The notes beneath the pieces are model-generated. The model searched no databases. It was not told the DNA's origin and was given only the letters and a program-made list of their open reading frames with translations. Position numbers and translations under genes: made by a program. Shown piece after piece: positions 11,232 through 21,816 of a stretch of 64,000 nucleotides of DNA (its first letter is position 1; each line of letters opens with the position of its first letter). The stretch comes from Blepharisma stoltei ATCC 30299 (lineage: Eukaryota > Protista > Ciliophora): positions 310,001 through 374,000 of the forward strand of contig CBFDEM010000009.1 of NCBI GenBank assembly GCA_965603825.1. The letters are read 5' to 3'.

Positions 11232-12314
11232 ATGAGCTTTGGCAAACCGTTCAGCTCTAGATATGAGTTTTCCAGCCGTTATGACAATTTAAACCAGCCA
11301 AGATCTCCCCAGGATTATAACCCAAGGACATCAAATAGCCAGCTATCTCACAGCTCTCCAAAAGAAACTTTAAGATCTTCTTTAGAATATCGATTTTACC
11401 CAGCATCTCCTGAAGCTTCTCGGCAAGAAATTAAAAACAGTTACGACAGAGCAATAAGAACTTCTAATGATAATCTCTCAATTCAAGAAATTCAAAAACA
11501 ACGTAGCCTTGATATCCTTAGATCTAATATAAAAGATCTCGAGCTGCAGGACCAGCAAAATGAAGAAAACCATGAACTTGAAAAAGCTCGGCTCAAGCAC
11601 GAATATGAGCTAAAAATCGAAAACCTAAACAGAGATCTAGAGAACCAAATTCGGACCAAAAACTCCAAATTAAGAGATATTGAGTATACAATTGAAAGAG
11701 AGCAAAAAGCTTGGGAGCAGCAAAAAAGAGAAATGAGCCTACAGTTGCAAAGACTAAACGAAGAAACTGACGAATTAAATGTAAAAGCCTTAAGAGATAA
11801 TGATGAAATCAGGTATATACGAAGCCAAATTGAAGGAAGTCAACTAGAAGCACAAAAATTAGTAAGAGAAAAAAGCTTGATTATAGAAAAGCACGAAAAT
11901 GAGAAAAGAAGCGCGATGGAAAGGCATGGTTTTTCTATGAAAGAAATGCATATAAGAATCCAGGAATATGATGAAAAAATTATGAACCTTGAAATTGAAA
12001 TTGCAGAAACCAGAAAACAAATAGCAAAAAATGCAGAGGAGTCTGAATTTATAATAAATGAGCTAGAAAATAAAATTGAGAGTGCTGAAAATACAATAAA
12101 AATACAAATGCAAGATATTTCGAGGCTTAAAAATTCAAGAGATGAAGCAAAGACGGAATGCCAAATACTAAGCAATGAAGTATCTATGATGGAGTCTCAG
12201 ATAGCAAAAACTCATAATACAAACTCTGTAATGAAAGATGATATTGCTCGTCTTAATAGGTTGATTTATGGAAAAGGGGTTTCGCCAAGAAAATCCAAAC
12301 AAAAACATATTTAA
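11232..12314 (+). CDS. Coiled-coil hypothetical protein
   Basis: 360-aa ORF, heptad-rich C-terminal two thirds. Confidence 0.8.
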   Translation: MSFGKPFSSRYEFSSRYDNLNQPRSPQDYNPRTSNSQLSHSSPKETLRSSLEYRFYPASPEASRQEIKNSYDRAIRTSNDNLSIQEIQKQRSLDILRSNIKDLELQDQQNEENHELEKARLKHEYELKIENLNRDLENQIRTKNSKLRDIEYTIEREQKAWEQQKREMSLQLQRLNEETDELNVKALRDNDEIRYIRSQIEGSQLEAQKLVREKSLIIEKHENEKRSAMERHGFSMKEMHIRIQEYDEKIMNLEIEIAETRKQIAKNAEESEFIINELENKIESAENTIKIQMQDISRLKNSRDEAKTECQILSNEVSMMESQIAKTHNTNSVMKDDIARLNRLIYGKGVSPRKSKQKHI

Positions 12315-12407
12315 ACATTACAAAAACTTAATTACTCTATTAAAAATATTTAAATTTTATTTCTACTATGAGAAATAGTAATAATTATATTGAAAAATCT
12401 GTTAAAA

Positions 12408-13220
12408 ATGAATATGAATATCCACTTAAAATCATTTGATTTCGAGAATTCATTGACCTCAAACTCTAATCAAAGATTTCTTGCACCTTTAGGTGCTTAT
12501 AATCCTAGATCCAGTACTTCTCAAGAAAAAGCTGCGAAGCCTAGACTACGCAATTTGAGCAGTTCAAAAGAAAACGAAGATCATATAGAATCAGCCAAAA
12601 GACGCCCTTCAACTGCATCAGAAAAGCAAAAGCTGCGAGAGATAATAAAACGCTGCAAAAGACATGAAAAATCTCAAGAAATCTTATCATTTCACAAGTG
12701 CCCTGATTTAATCGAATTTCCTAAATTTCCTGAAAGAAATTTAAATCACCGTAAACATAGCTCATTTCTCCATAAAGCTCAAGCATCCTTAAAGCTTAGA
12801 AATTTCAAGCTTGACCAGCCCCAAAATCCAGAAATCGCTTATATTCATTATCAGCCTATTTCTTTAGAAAGTACATCTTTTAGATTCACCGAAAAATACA
12901 AAAAAATTAAAGAAGAAACTGATTTTCCGCGTCGGATTTTTAAAACTTCTACAAGAAGAACGCTTTCTAACCATTTATCATTAAAAGAGCAAACAGATTC
13001 TTCTGATATTTTGAGAATTCATAAATGTCCTTCACTGAATTCTACTAGAAGTAAATCAGTGCCGAGGAAAACGAGGAGCATTTCGAGGGCTGCTTCGGAC
13101 GTGCAGACTGAAACAAATGATGAAGAAATTGAGATTCAATACTCAAACTTCGCAATTTATGAAAAAGAAAGCCAAGAAGAAGAAAGCCCAATAAGAAGAG
13201 AGCCTAGGTATTTAATGTAA
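12408..13220 (+). CDS. Basic low-complexity hypothetical protein
   Basis: Long ORF ending TAA; first ATG at 12408. Confidence 0.65.
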   Translation: MNMNIHLKSFDFENSLTSNSNQRFLAPLGAYNPRSSTSQEKAAKPRLRNLSSSKENEDHIESAKRRPSTASEKQKLREIIKRCKRHEKSQEILSFHKCPDLIEFPKFPERNLNHRKHSSFLHKAQASLKLRNFKLDQPQNPEIAYIHYQPISLESTSFRFTEKYKKIKEETDFPRRIFKTSTRRTLSNHLSLKEQTDSSDILRIHKCPSLNSTRSKSVPRKTRSISRAASDVQTETNDEEIEIQYSNFAIYEKESQEEESPIRREPRYLM

Positions 13221-13226
13221 AATAGA

Positions 13227-14045
13227 TTAGTGACAGTAATACTCTGTTGTATCAGCGATATCTTTTACACGTTGAAGTTTTTCTGCAAAAGTTTTTGAGT
13301 GATGCTCAATAACAATTAATTGGTCCTTGGGTTCGAATCTTCTGCTTTTGTCGATGCTCATATGATTTTCTAATTGGGGAAGTTTTTGATTTCTAGAAAG
13401 AGTGCTTTGATTTCTCTTGTGGTTTTTATTTTTAGAATTCAGGCTTATGCTTTCTTTTATAGGAATTGTGGAATACAAAGTCATTTTTGACTTTGGGGAA
13501 ATTTCAATGATATAAGGTTTGTATAATAAATGATCATCCATATTTAAACTTCTGTTAAGGTTTCTTCTGCCTAATGAGCTTTTAATGTCCCTAAAGTGTA
13601 TTGAAGGGATTCCTTTGCCTTCAATAGTTACTGATCTATCTGTAAAGCTAGGCTGAGAATTGTTTATATTCTCTTTTGTTTTGGTGGAGGATTGAGGCTT
13701 ATCGAAAAATTTTTTATACGTTGTTTGGTTTGGGAAAAATGTAGTTTGAGGGCTTTCTCCTAAAATATCTGTTAAGAAGGAAGGAAGTATTGCTTGCTTT
13801 TTTTCGATGCTAGATTTCCTATTTGTTTTTATTTGAGACTTATCGACTTGTTGAAAAGTGAAAATTGGCTTATTCGATTTAGGCGTGCCAGTTAAATATG
13901 ATTGAATTGGGGCAGGATCTATTTTAGTCTTAGTTACGAAAGTAGTCATTGGATTTTCGAGCTGGGCAAGTTTTCCAGGAGTCACTGCAGAGGGATAGCT
14001 GATTACAGAAAAATCCCCATTTAAATGCTTTGAGTTGATCATCAT
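13227..14045 (-). CDS. Hypothetical protein
   Basis: 272-aa ORF, convergent with the previous gene (6-nt gap). Confidence 0.65.
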   Translation of the reverse strand: MMINSKHLNGDFSVISYPSAVTPGKLAQLENPMTTFVTKTKIDPAPIQSYLTGTPKSNKPIFTFQQVDKSQIKTNRKSSIEKKQAILPSFLTDILGESPQTTFFPNQTTYKKFFDKPQSSTKTKENINNSQPSFTDRSVTIEGKGIPSIHFRDIKSSLGRRNLNRSLNMDDHLLYKPYIIEISPKSKMTLYSTIPIKESISLNSKNKNHKRNQSTLSRNQKLPQLENHMSIDKSRRFEPKDQLIVIEHHSKTFAEKLQRVKDIADTTEYYCH

Positions 14046-14241
14046 TTTGCACTCGCAATATTTATTAATAAGCCATAAGATTAATAAGGTGCTTATATTT
14101 CTAGTGTCTCTTTAAATTGAGGGATGTGGCCAGGAACTAGTAACATTACTGGCTGTTCTATGATTTAACATTCTCTAGGGCAAATCAGCAGATATGCTGA
14201 CACTAGTACACAACTTAACTTTTATGTAATAAATAAATTTA

Positions 14242-15874
14242 ATGATGAATATTGATATTGAAGATCAACTTTCGGCTCTCCATTGAATTAAAGAAGAAGG
14301 AATTACTATGAATAGCAACCAACTGTACTCAAGTTCTGGAAGAAATTCACGTGAGTTTGATTCTTCATGAAGGCCGATAGACTTTTTCAAGATCTATTTT
14401 GATAATGAAGTCTTGGGAGAAATACTGACTAATTCATGAAGATATTACACTAAGAAGCTATCAGAAAAGCAGAAACAAAAAAAATTGAATAACCCTGAAA
14501 TTGATATATTGAATGAAAAGCTCTCACAGCTGATCATTGAAGAAGCAAAAGAAGATGAGAAAGAACCAAAAGCTCCTGAAATAATAAGTTCAAAGAAAAT
14601 CAAAGAAATAGATATGATTGAATTAGAAGCATACATTGGGGTGATAATTACGATGGGAATTGATAGGAAACCAAATTATCATATGCATTGGAATACTCAT
14701 GGATTATGAGAGAGTAGTCTTATATCAAAGGCCTTAGGACTTAAAAGATTTATAAATATTGGAAGCATTTTTCATCTTTCTGATCCTTTCTACTCATCAA
14801 ACTCACAAGATAAACTAGAAAAATTGAATCCACTAATGAGTCAAATCGAAGCAAAATCTCAACAATATTATCTTCTAGGGCAAAGCATAGCAATTGACGA
14901 ATCTATGATTGCGTTCAAAGGAAGAAATTCCATGAAGCAGTATCTACCAATGAAACCAACTAAATGAGGATTCAAAAATTTTGTCTTAGCAGATTCAAGC
15001 AACGGCTATGTTTATAGATTCATTATTTACCCTGGAAAAAACGAATCTTCTGAATTCTCTCCTGAAAACGTTTGCTTGAGGCTTTTGCAAGGACTAGAAA
15101 ATCAAAATTTTCATCTTTATATTGATAATTGATATAATTCAATACCATTGTTATTGAAATTGAAAGAATTTGGAATTGAATGCACTGGCACAATAAAACA
15201 AAATCGAAAATATCTTCCGAAGGACTTCAAACAGATTATTGCAGGAATAAATCAAAGCAATATTTGTTTATAAGAGCAGATCAGATACTTTTATCTTGTT
15301 GGCATGGCAAAAAGATGGTTGTTTGTGCAACTAATGCAGGAACATCAGCTGTAATCACAAAGAAAAGAGGCAAAGGTGATATCATTACAATTCCAGAAAT
15401 TATTGAACGCTATAGGAAATTTATGAGAGGTATTGATATGTTCGACCAAAATATGACTTATTATTCATACCCTCATAGAACAATCAAATGATGGAAAAAC
15501 TGTTTTTTTTATTTTCTTGAGATAGCACTGAATAATTCATATATTCTATATAAAAATCGCATGATTTCATTGAATCAAAAATTTTTATCATATGATAAAT
15601 ACCGCATTCAAATCGCAGTTTCTTTGTGCGAAAAAAGCAAAGCTAGAAGAGAAAATAAAACTGTAATAAATCAAGCAATTTCAGGAATTCATTGGATAAT
15701 AAAAATTGAAAATACAAAAGAATGCATTGGATAATAAAAATTGAAAATACAAAAGAATGCATCTTCTGCTATTATCAAAAAGGAAAGAAATCAAGGACTC
15801 CTTTTATTTGTTCAGAATGTAAGATGCACATTCATCCAAATTGCTTTTATAGTTATCATAATAATATAAAGTAA
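14242..15874 (+). pseudogene. piggyBac (PGBD4-like, DDE_Tnp_1_7) transposase disrupted by a frameshift (~15256) and a 35-bp duplication
   Basis: With UGA=Trp: PIDFFKIYF, IDESMIAFKGR, QYLPMKPTKWGFK, YIDNWYNS, GTIKQNR, YRKFMRGIDMFDQ, KWWK..F, C-terminal CxxC..CxxC..CF..YH. First frame stops at 15271-15273, second at 15732-15734. Confidence 0.93.
15690..15759 (+). repeat. Perfect 35-bp tandem duplication
   Basis: CATTGGATAATAAAAATTGAAAATACAAAAGAATG x2, followed by CAT. Confidence 0.97.
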
Positions 15875-16224
15875 TTATAGCTAAATTATAGAGTGTTAAT
15901 ATGGTGCAACATAAGCCAGACATTCCAAAAAGACTACGCAGCCTCTGCACATCTCACTGACGCGTTGTCGGCGCTTATTACTCAGATCCTGCGCCTTTTC
16001 TACTAGGGATCATTTCCTAAGGTATGCTTAGTGGACAAATCCTAAGCCTTCCAATTAACCAAGGATATATCAGGAGGTGCGCAACTCTCCTCGTTGCTTT
16101 CCTGATAGCTAGAAGATTCTCTGAAAACCGATCTTCATAATAAAAATTTGCAAGATATATAGAATTTCGCTATCCTAATTTCCTCCATTATACAATATTT
16201 ATTAACAATTTATAATTAATTTCT

Positions 16225-17214
16225 TTATTGATGCAACTTAATCCCGAATTGTACAAATCTGCAATCTCCATGAATCATAGAGTATTTTTCAAAGACTTCA
16301 AAGACATCCAACTCAAATGCACAGATACTTCGAATTATATCGGATTGATCAATATGCATAGGAGTTCCTGACGTGAAGAGGATTGTGTTTCCTTCTCGGT
16401 ATTCAACTTGATCACCTTGCAGGCAGCTTGATAATCCAAAAACTGACACTTTTGGAACTAAAAGCTGCAGCTGCACACTTAACTGTTGTTCTGATCTCAG
16501 AATGAAGAGAAACGACCGAGTGCTTGTTCTATACAAGAACTCGAGTAGTAGTTTTGTACCTTGAATATTTAAAATATAAATATAATATAATGATGTAAAG
16601 CACGGTAAACTGTGTATAGATTTCAATGGCTTTTCCAGATCTCTCAAATTAAACTGTATTTGTGCATGAGGCAGCACAATTACGTCACTTGAGCCTGATA
16701 CTTCAGCTACGTGATGGCATTCCATATAATGTGTGAATATCGCGTTAGCATATTCGCTATAGAATCCACATCTATTTTCCCCAGTTTCATATGAACAATA
16801 ATGAATTCTGTTAACTCCGCAGGTCTTTTTGTGTCTAGAAAGATCAGACATCCTGACTTGTTGTCCACATAGCTCACATAAAAGTGAGATCATCCCTAAG
16901 ATTTCTTCAATTTGGTGATTACGCACCATATCTCGTTTACAATAAAAGCAGGTGTTTTTCTTTCTCATACAGTTTCCACAAATTTTTACTTCATGATGAG
17001 TTGTGCAGGAGAACACATAATCACTGAAAGGATCAGCACAATAGTTGCAGACCAAGTAGTTGATACATTCAGGGCGAAGAGAAAAAGATTGAGGGCTTAG
17101 GGATGAGGGGGTGCTTGAATGAGATGCTGAGCTTTGTTTAGATTGAGAAGAGTAAGGCATTGGAGTTCCTATTCGAGGATGGGCATTTGGTATTGGCGTG
17201 CTACAGTTCCACAT
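16225..17214 (-). CDS. RING-variant plus TRAF/SIAH-type zinc finger protein (SINA-like E3 ligase)
   Basis: CNYC...C..HH...CGNC.....CFYC then RNHQIE, CELC...HKKTC, C......C...HYMECH. Confidence 0.7.
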   Translation of the reverse strand: MWNCSTPIPNAHPRIGTPMPYSSQSKQSSASHSSTPSSLSPQSFSLRPECINYLVCNYCADPFSDYVFSCTTHHEVKICGNCMRKKNTCFYCKRDMVRNHQIEEILGMISLLCELCGQQVRMSDLSRHKKTCGVNRIHYCSYETGENRCGFYSEYANAIFTHYMECHHVAEVSGSSDVIVLPHAQIQFNLRDLEKPLKSIHSLPCFTSLYYIYILNIQGTKLLLEFLYRTSTRSFLFILRSEQQLSVQLQLLVPKVSVFGLSSCLQGDQVEYREGNTILFTSGTPMHIDQSDIIRSICAFELDVFEVFEKYSMIHGDCRFVQFGIKLHQ

Positions 17215-17493
17215 TTAAATTTAATTTTCCTAAAGCCCCAGTAAATTTTTGAGTGTATCTACTAAATAATCAAAATAATAATCACAAATTTATGGATTTT
17301 TACAGTTTTCTCTTATCAATCACTTGAAAAATTTAATGAATTCATGACATAAACAATTTGTTGTGAAATATCAAATCCACATATATATTAGCCTTAAACA
17401 AAAATAAATCCCAATTTCAATTCTAAAGAATCAGTTATTTTAAGATTCATTAAGCTGGTGATAAATATGCTGAATAATTAATTTATACATACA

Positions 17494-17955
17494 ATGGATT
17501 CAAGTAATTATATTGATATCCATATCGATACCAAGCTTAACTGAAAACGTCACCAGCTAATTCATCAATCCAGACTCGAAAAAATCAAAAATTCGCCACC
17601 AATTGTTCCCAGCCCTAGTACATCTCTTCTTGACTTACAAAAAACAAAGGACAGAACTAAGGCTCATTATCAAAAAGAATACATCGAAAAAATCAAGCAA
17701 CAAAATAACGCTCTGCTTAATAGGCTTGTTAAAATTACAACAGCAAGCAAAAATAAACGATCATTTACTCCAACGTTGAAATCTTTAAACATAAATAAGA
17801 GAATTAGAGAGTCTCAAAGGATAACTGAAGAAAATATGAGACTTGCAGACAGAATAAGCCATCGAAAAAGCACTTTGTCGTTTGGGAGTTGGGAAGATTC
17901 GTATAGACAAGCGAAAAAATACAAAAGAAGTATATCGAAAATTCTTCTGCAATAA
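17494..17955 (+). CDS. CFAP97/Hemingway (KIAA1430)-family ciliary protein
   Basis: Missed by the ORF track because of an early TGA; IKQQNNALLNRLVKI and SLNINKRIRESQRITEENMRLADRI. Confidence 0.75.
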
Positions 17956-18210
17956 TATATATTTTTATTGATATTGCTTGTATAGTTAATGCTGGATAAA
18001 TAAAAGATATTTAATTTTAAAATATTTAATAAATGCAGTAGCAATTCCTTGCATAGTATTTAAATTAAATTAATCGTCAATATAACGATTATTAAAAAAT
18101 AATTTAACTATAATTTTACCATTCATTAATCACTATTATATCTTATTCTTTTTAATAATAAGCCTACTGGCTGTTAAAATTGTTATTAGCAATACAAAAT
18201 GATATAAATT

Positions 18211-19149
18211 TTAATTATTTTTTTTCGAGAAATCAATTGTTTTTAAATTTTGAGCAGCTAGTTTTTTACTCAACTTATCCTGCAGACTTCCTGGCAAAAC
18301 TTCTGGAATCCTTATGATTTTCCTCCCAGTCTTTGTGTAAACTAATGAGTTTATTATTAATTGGAAGAAGCTCATGATAAACCAATTCAAAACGATAGCA
18401 GATGGCATTGTCATAGATACTGGGATTCCTAGGAATGCAAAATATTTTAAATTTTTAGCCAAGGGGCCATACATTCCAGGAATAGCGGTGCTGTTTTTAA
18501 TACTCAAATAATTGCAGATAGAAATAGAAATTGGAAGAATATAATAAGGATCTGGGATTGCTAAATTTGAAAACCATAAAAATCCATCTGAAAGAAGACT
18601 TGGGAAATTTTCTGGTGAATTTGTCAAATTTTTGAGCGTAAAAAAGAAAGAAAATAAAAACGGGGCTTGTGTCAATGAATAAAATTGGACATCATTTCTA
18701 ATTCCATAAGATCTTTTGAGCTTTAAAAAGTCATTTTTCAGCTCTTGCAGCTGCTTTGTGTTGCCTGACTTTATAAGTGCAGCGGTGTCTCTATTATATA
18801 TACTCATCTCAGGTGCAAGCATTTTTGTTTTTAGAGCTATAACTTGTGCTCATAATATTATTGGGCTGTATAAAAGTCTAAAACCTACAGATAATGCGAT
18901 AATTCCAAATCCTATTCCATAACCCATGCTATTTATGTACATGAACGAGTCCTATGTAATTATTACTATCGAGAAGTCACGAATTGCTTCATAAAATCCT
19001 GAAAATAAACCTGTGCTTGGCAGTTCTGTGTATTCTGCTAATGCTGGCGTTAAGCCAGGGCCAGGGACACTATTCAAATAAAAATCTATAAGCGAGCCTT
19101 CATGTTTTATAATTGAAAAAGATCTTGTTAAAGCTCTAATCCTTATCAT
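18211..19149 (-). CDS. OXA1: Oxa1/Cox18/YidC membrane insertase; 15-nt intron 18952-18966
   Basis: QAPFLFSFF, GFLWFSNLAIPDPYYILP, PSAIVLNW; intron GTAATAATTACATAG plus one TGA(Trp) join the two ORFs. Confidence 0.88.
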
Positions 19150-19398
19150 TTATACTAATTATTTTTTAATGTACTTATTTTAGATTTTATGATTCTTTAG
19201 ATAAATGAAGCTCTCAAATAATCGGTTTCTTATACAAATCTGTATTTTCGCCTACTTAATGCTATTTTGTTCATTGAAGTAATTCATAGTGCGATAATTT
19301 TATGAAATATTTTTGCATAAATAATACTTTTTTCAGCTGCTGATTAAAATATTCAACTTTTATCATTGGCGATACAAATTATTAATACTTTTGATAAA

Positions 19399-20022
19399 AT
19401 GGAAAATTCTCTTATAAGCCCTGAAGACATTCACGAAAGCGCTGTTTCATTTCTCGAAACCTTAAACGAAGTAGGCGGCTGGGAAATATATGACGAAAAG
19501 GACGATATTTTCTCTAAAAGACGTCTAGACGACGATGGATATTACATATATAATAGCCATATAATAATTGAATCCAAGCCTGAAATAGCACTTGATATAA
19601 TTTTAAACGAAGAAAGGCGAAAACTCTGGTTTGAGATCCTATTAAAATCGTCAGTACTCAAAACATGAGGCGAAAGCATGAAGCTTATTTATATGCAGCT
19701 TTCTTATCCTTGGTTTTTGTCAAATAGAGAAGTAATTATTTTACAAGGAGTAAGCAAAACAGAAGATGGATCAATTTATGTTGCATGGAAAAGTGTAGAC
19801 GCACCAGATAAACCTGTGGAGAATGGGCTTATTAGGGCAAATGTTGATATAGGAGGATTTGCAATAAAAAGCGTAGGAGAAAATAAAATTTTGGTTTCGT
19901 ATACAATTAAGATTAATTCTCAAGGATTGGTGCCTATTTCACTGAGCAATTACTTAAGCAGACACAATGCAGAGGTTATTGCGAAAATTAAAGATTTGAT
20001 AAACCAGCATTATCTTGCATAG
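19399..20022 (+). CDS. START lipid-binding domain protein
   Basis: RRKLW, YPWFLSNREVI, KSVDAPDKP..GLIRA, GLVP; two ORFs joined by TGA(Trp). Confidence 0.85.
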
Positions 20023-20069
20023 GAGATGACATGATTTTTAATATGATAATTATGATCTAAAATAATGGT

Positions 20070-20867
20070 TTAATAGTCTAGCCAATTACTTAAATATTCA
20101 CATTCAGCAGGATTAATTACCCCATCTTCGTGGCACTGCCTTTGTAGAGGGCATCCGATACATGGTATCACTAAAGGCTCTGGAACAGCCCATTTAATTG
20201 TTGTGTATTTGCCTAGCCCTGAATCCTCAATTTCATGCAACGCCAATAAAGAATTTACAACTTCTTTAATATCTTGCTCAGTCAGATCTTTGTCTACTCT
20301 TTGTTTTAGATGTGCTGAAATTTCTTTTAAACTCCCAGGTTTATCCTGCAAGAACATTTTTGTGTATGAAATTAATAATCCCAGCTTATTCCTATCAAAT
20401 TCTTGCTCGCTAAACAAAAACCCTCCGGTTACATCTTTATTAGGCTCAACTCCTTTCAAAAGTCAAATTGTTCTGTTTTTGAACTGCACGGACTTAACAG
20501 AATATACCAGCCCTTGCTTTTCTAAGTTTTTTAAAATTTTGTTAATTTGAGCAATTGGAATTTCTGTTTTAGCTTTTATTTCTTGGTTTCAGACTCCTTT
20601 ATTTCCAGCTTCACGGATAATTTGTAATATAAGATTTTCTTCAGGAAGTAAAGATTTGATACTTTTGGCTTGCTCTTCACTTTGGTAGTGATATGCTACT
20701 TCTCCATCTTCATCTGTGATAGAAATTTGTCCAGATCCTATTAAAGTGTTCAGGACTGCTACTTTTTCTGATTCATTAATTGGGCCAAACCGTGAGAGAT
20801 GATAGTCGAGCTCAGAATTTTTTAATTTGGAGTTTTCTTCTAAGATGTTTAGAATTAAGGATTCCAT
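20070..20867 (-). CDS. POLR3F: RNA polymerase III subunit RPC6/RPC34
   Basis: IIREAGNKGVW, KILKNLE, VKSV, VTGG, C-terminal PCIGCP...C......P..CEYLSNWL; two TGA(Trp). Confidence 0.92.
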
Positions 20868-20995
20868 AATTATTATCAAAAAGTGAGAGAATTTAAGTCT
20901 ATGATTACAGCAAATTCTTGAATTATGCAATTAATTGTTCCAGAATATAATAAAACTTTTAAATCGAAGCTTTAGCAATAGCTTGATTTCGTTCA

Positions 20996-21547
20996 TTAGG
21001 ATCCAAAATTAAGCACATGGGAAATTCATTCAATCCCTTCATACAATCCATCTCCTCTTATTGCAGAGCATCCTTGAATGCGCCAAATTCTCCCTCGAAT
21101 TAAAAACAATTCTAATTTTTCTGTAATCTCATTCAAACTAATTGCATTAGGCAGATCTTGCTTATTAGCAAAGAATAAAATAGGTAATTGGCTTAGCATT
21201 TCTTCGAAAAGCATTTCTTGGAGCAGCCACTTTAAATTATCCATTCTTTCTCTATCATTTGAATCAATAACAAAAATAATTCCTTTAATATTAGTATGAA
21301 AATATTTCCACAAGGTTTTAAATCCTAAAGAGCATCCTAAGTCTCAAATCGCAAAAGTTAAGTTTCGAAATCGAACACTTTCTAAGATTAATCCAATTGT
21401 CGGGCAGGTTACTATAACTTCACCAATATTAAGCTTATACAGAATAGTTGTCTTTCCTGCTCAGTTCATCCCAGTAACTAAAATCCTTGCTTCTTCTTTA
21501 GATGCAATTTGTTTTAGAGATATCTCAAAAGATGAAGAATTCCCCAT
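20996..21547 (-). CDS. Divergent Arf-family GTPase
   Basis: MGN, AGKTTILYKL, PTIG, FVIDSNDRER, ANKQDLPNA, CSAIRGDGLYEGIEW; G3 reads WDLGCS. Confidence 0.9.
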
Positions 21548-21816
21548 TTTACTATGACGTACAATTTCTCTATAAGATTAATAAATTTAAAAATAATCTA
21601 TATTTGCTCATGCTTCTTTTACATATCATACTAGAATTAAGACAGAGCTTTGAATTTTAGTATATGCATCAATAAGAGACTCAGCATTCTCAAAATCTAC
21701 CATTTACCAATCCAGTGGTGCATAAGTCTTTTATAATAAATCATTGAATCGATACCAGCACCATAAAGTATAAAACTGTCATAAATTTCAACTTTTTGAT
21801 TTAAATAAATAAAATT

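Larger units (their letters stand above)
14165..15899 (+). mobile_element. piggyBac-superfamily element between TTAA sites with short imperfect terminal inverted repeats
   Basis: TTAA(14165-14168)|CATTCTCTA ... TATAGAGTG|TTAA(15896-15899); ends match 7/9 as inverted repeats and tightly enclose a piggyBac transposase. Boundaries are inferred. Confidence 0.6.

Noticed and set aside
15266-15279. GTTTATAAGAGCAG as a 14-nt intron repairing the transposase frameshift
   Set aside because: Wrong length, and lacks the GTA start and the -6 A seen in the other introns; it would not fix the 35-bp duplication
15690-15759. 35-bp direct repeat as a CRISPR-like array or retained IES
   Set aside because: Two abutting copies, no spacer, inside coding sequence; simple slippage duplication
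15985-16011. GATCCTG-CGCCTTTTCTAC-TAGGGATC resembles U5 snRNA loop 1
   Set aside because: The invariant GCCUUUUAC has a 2-nt insertion and there is no properly placed Sm site
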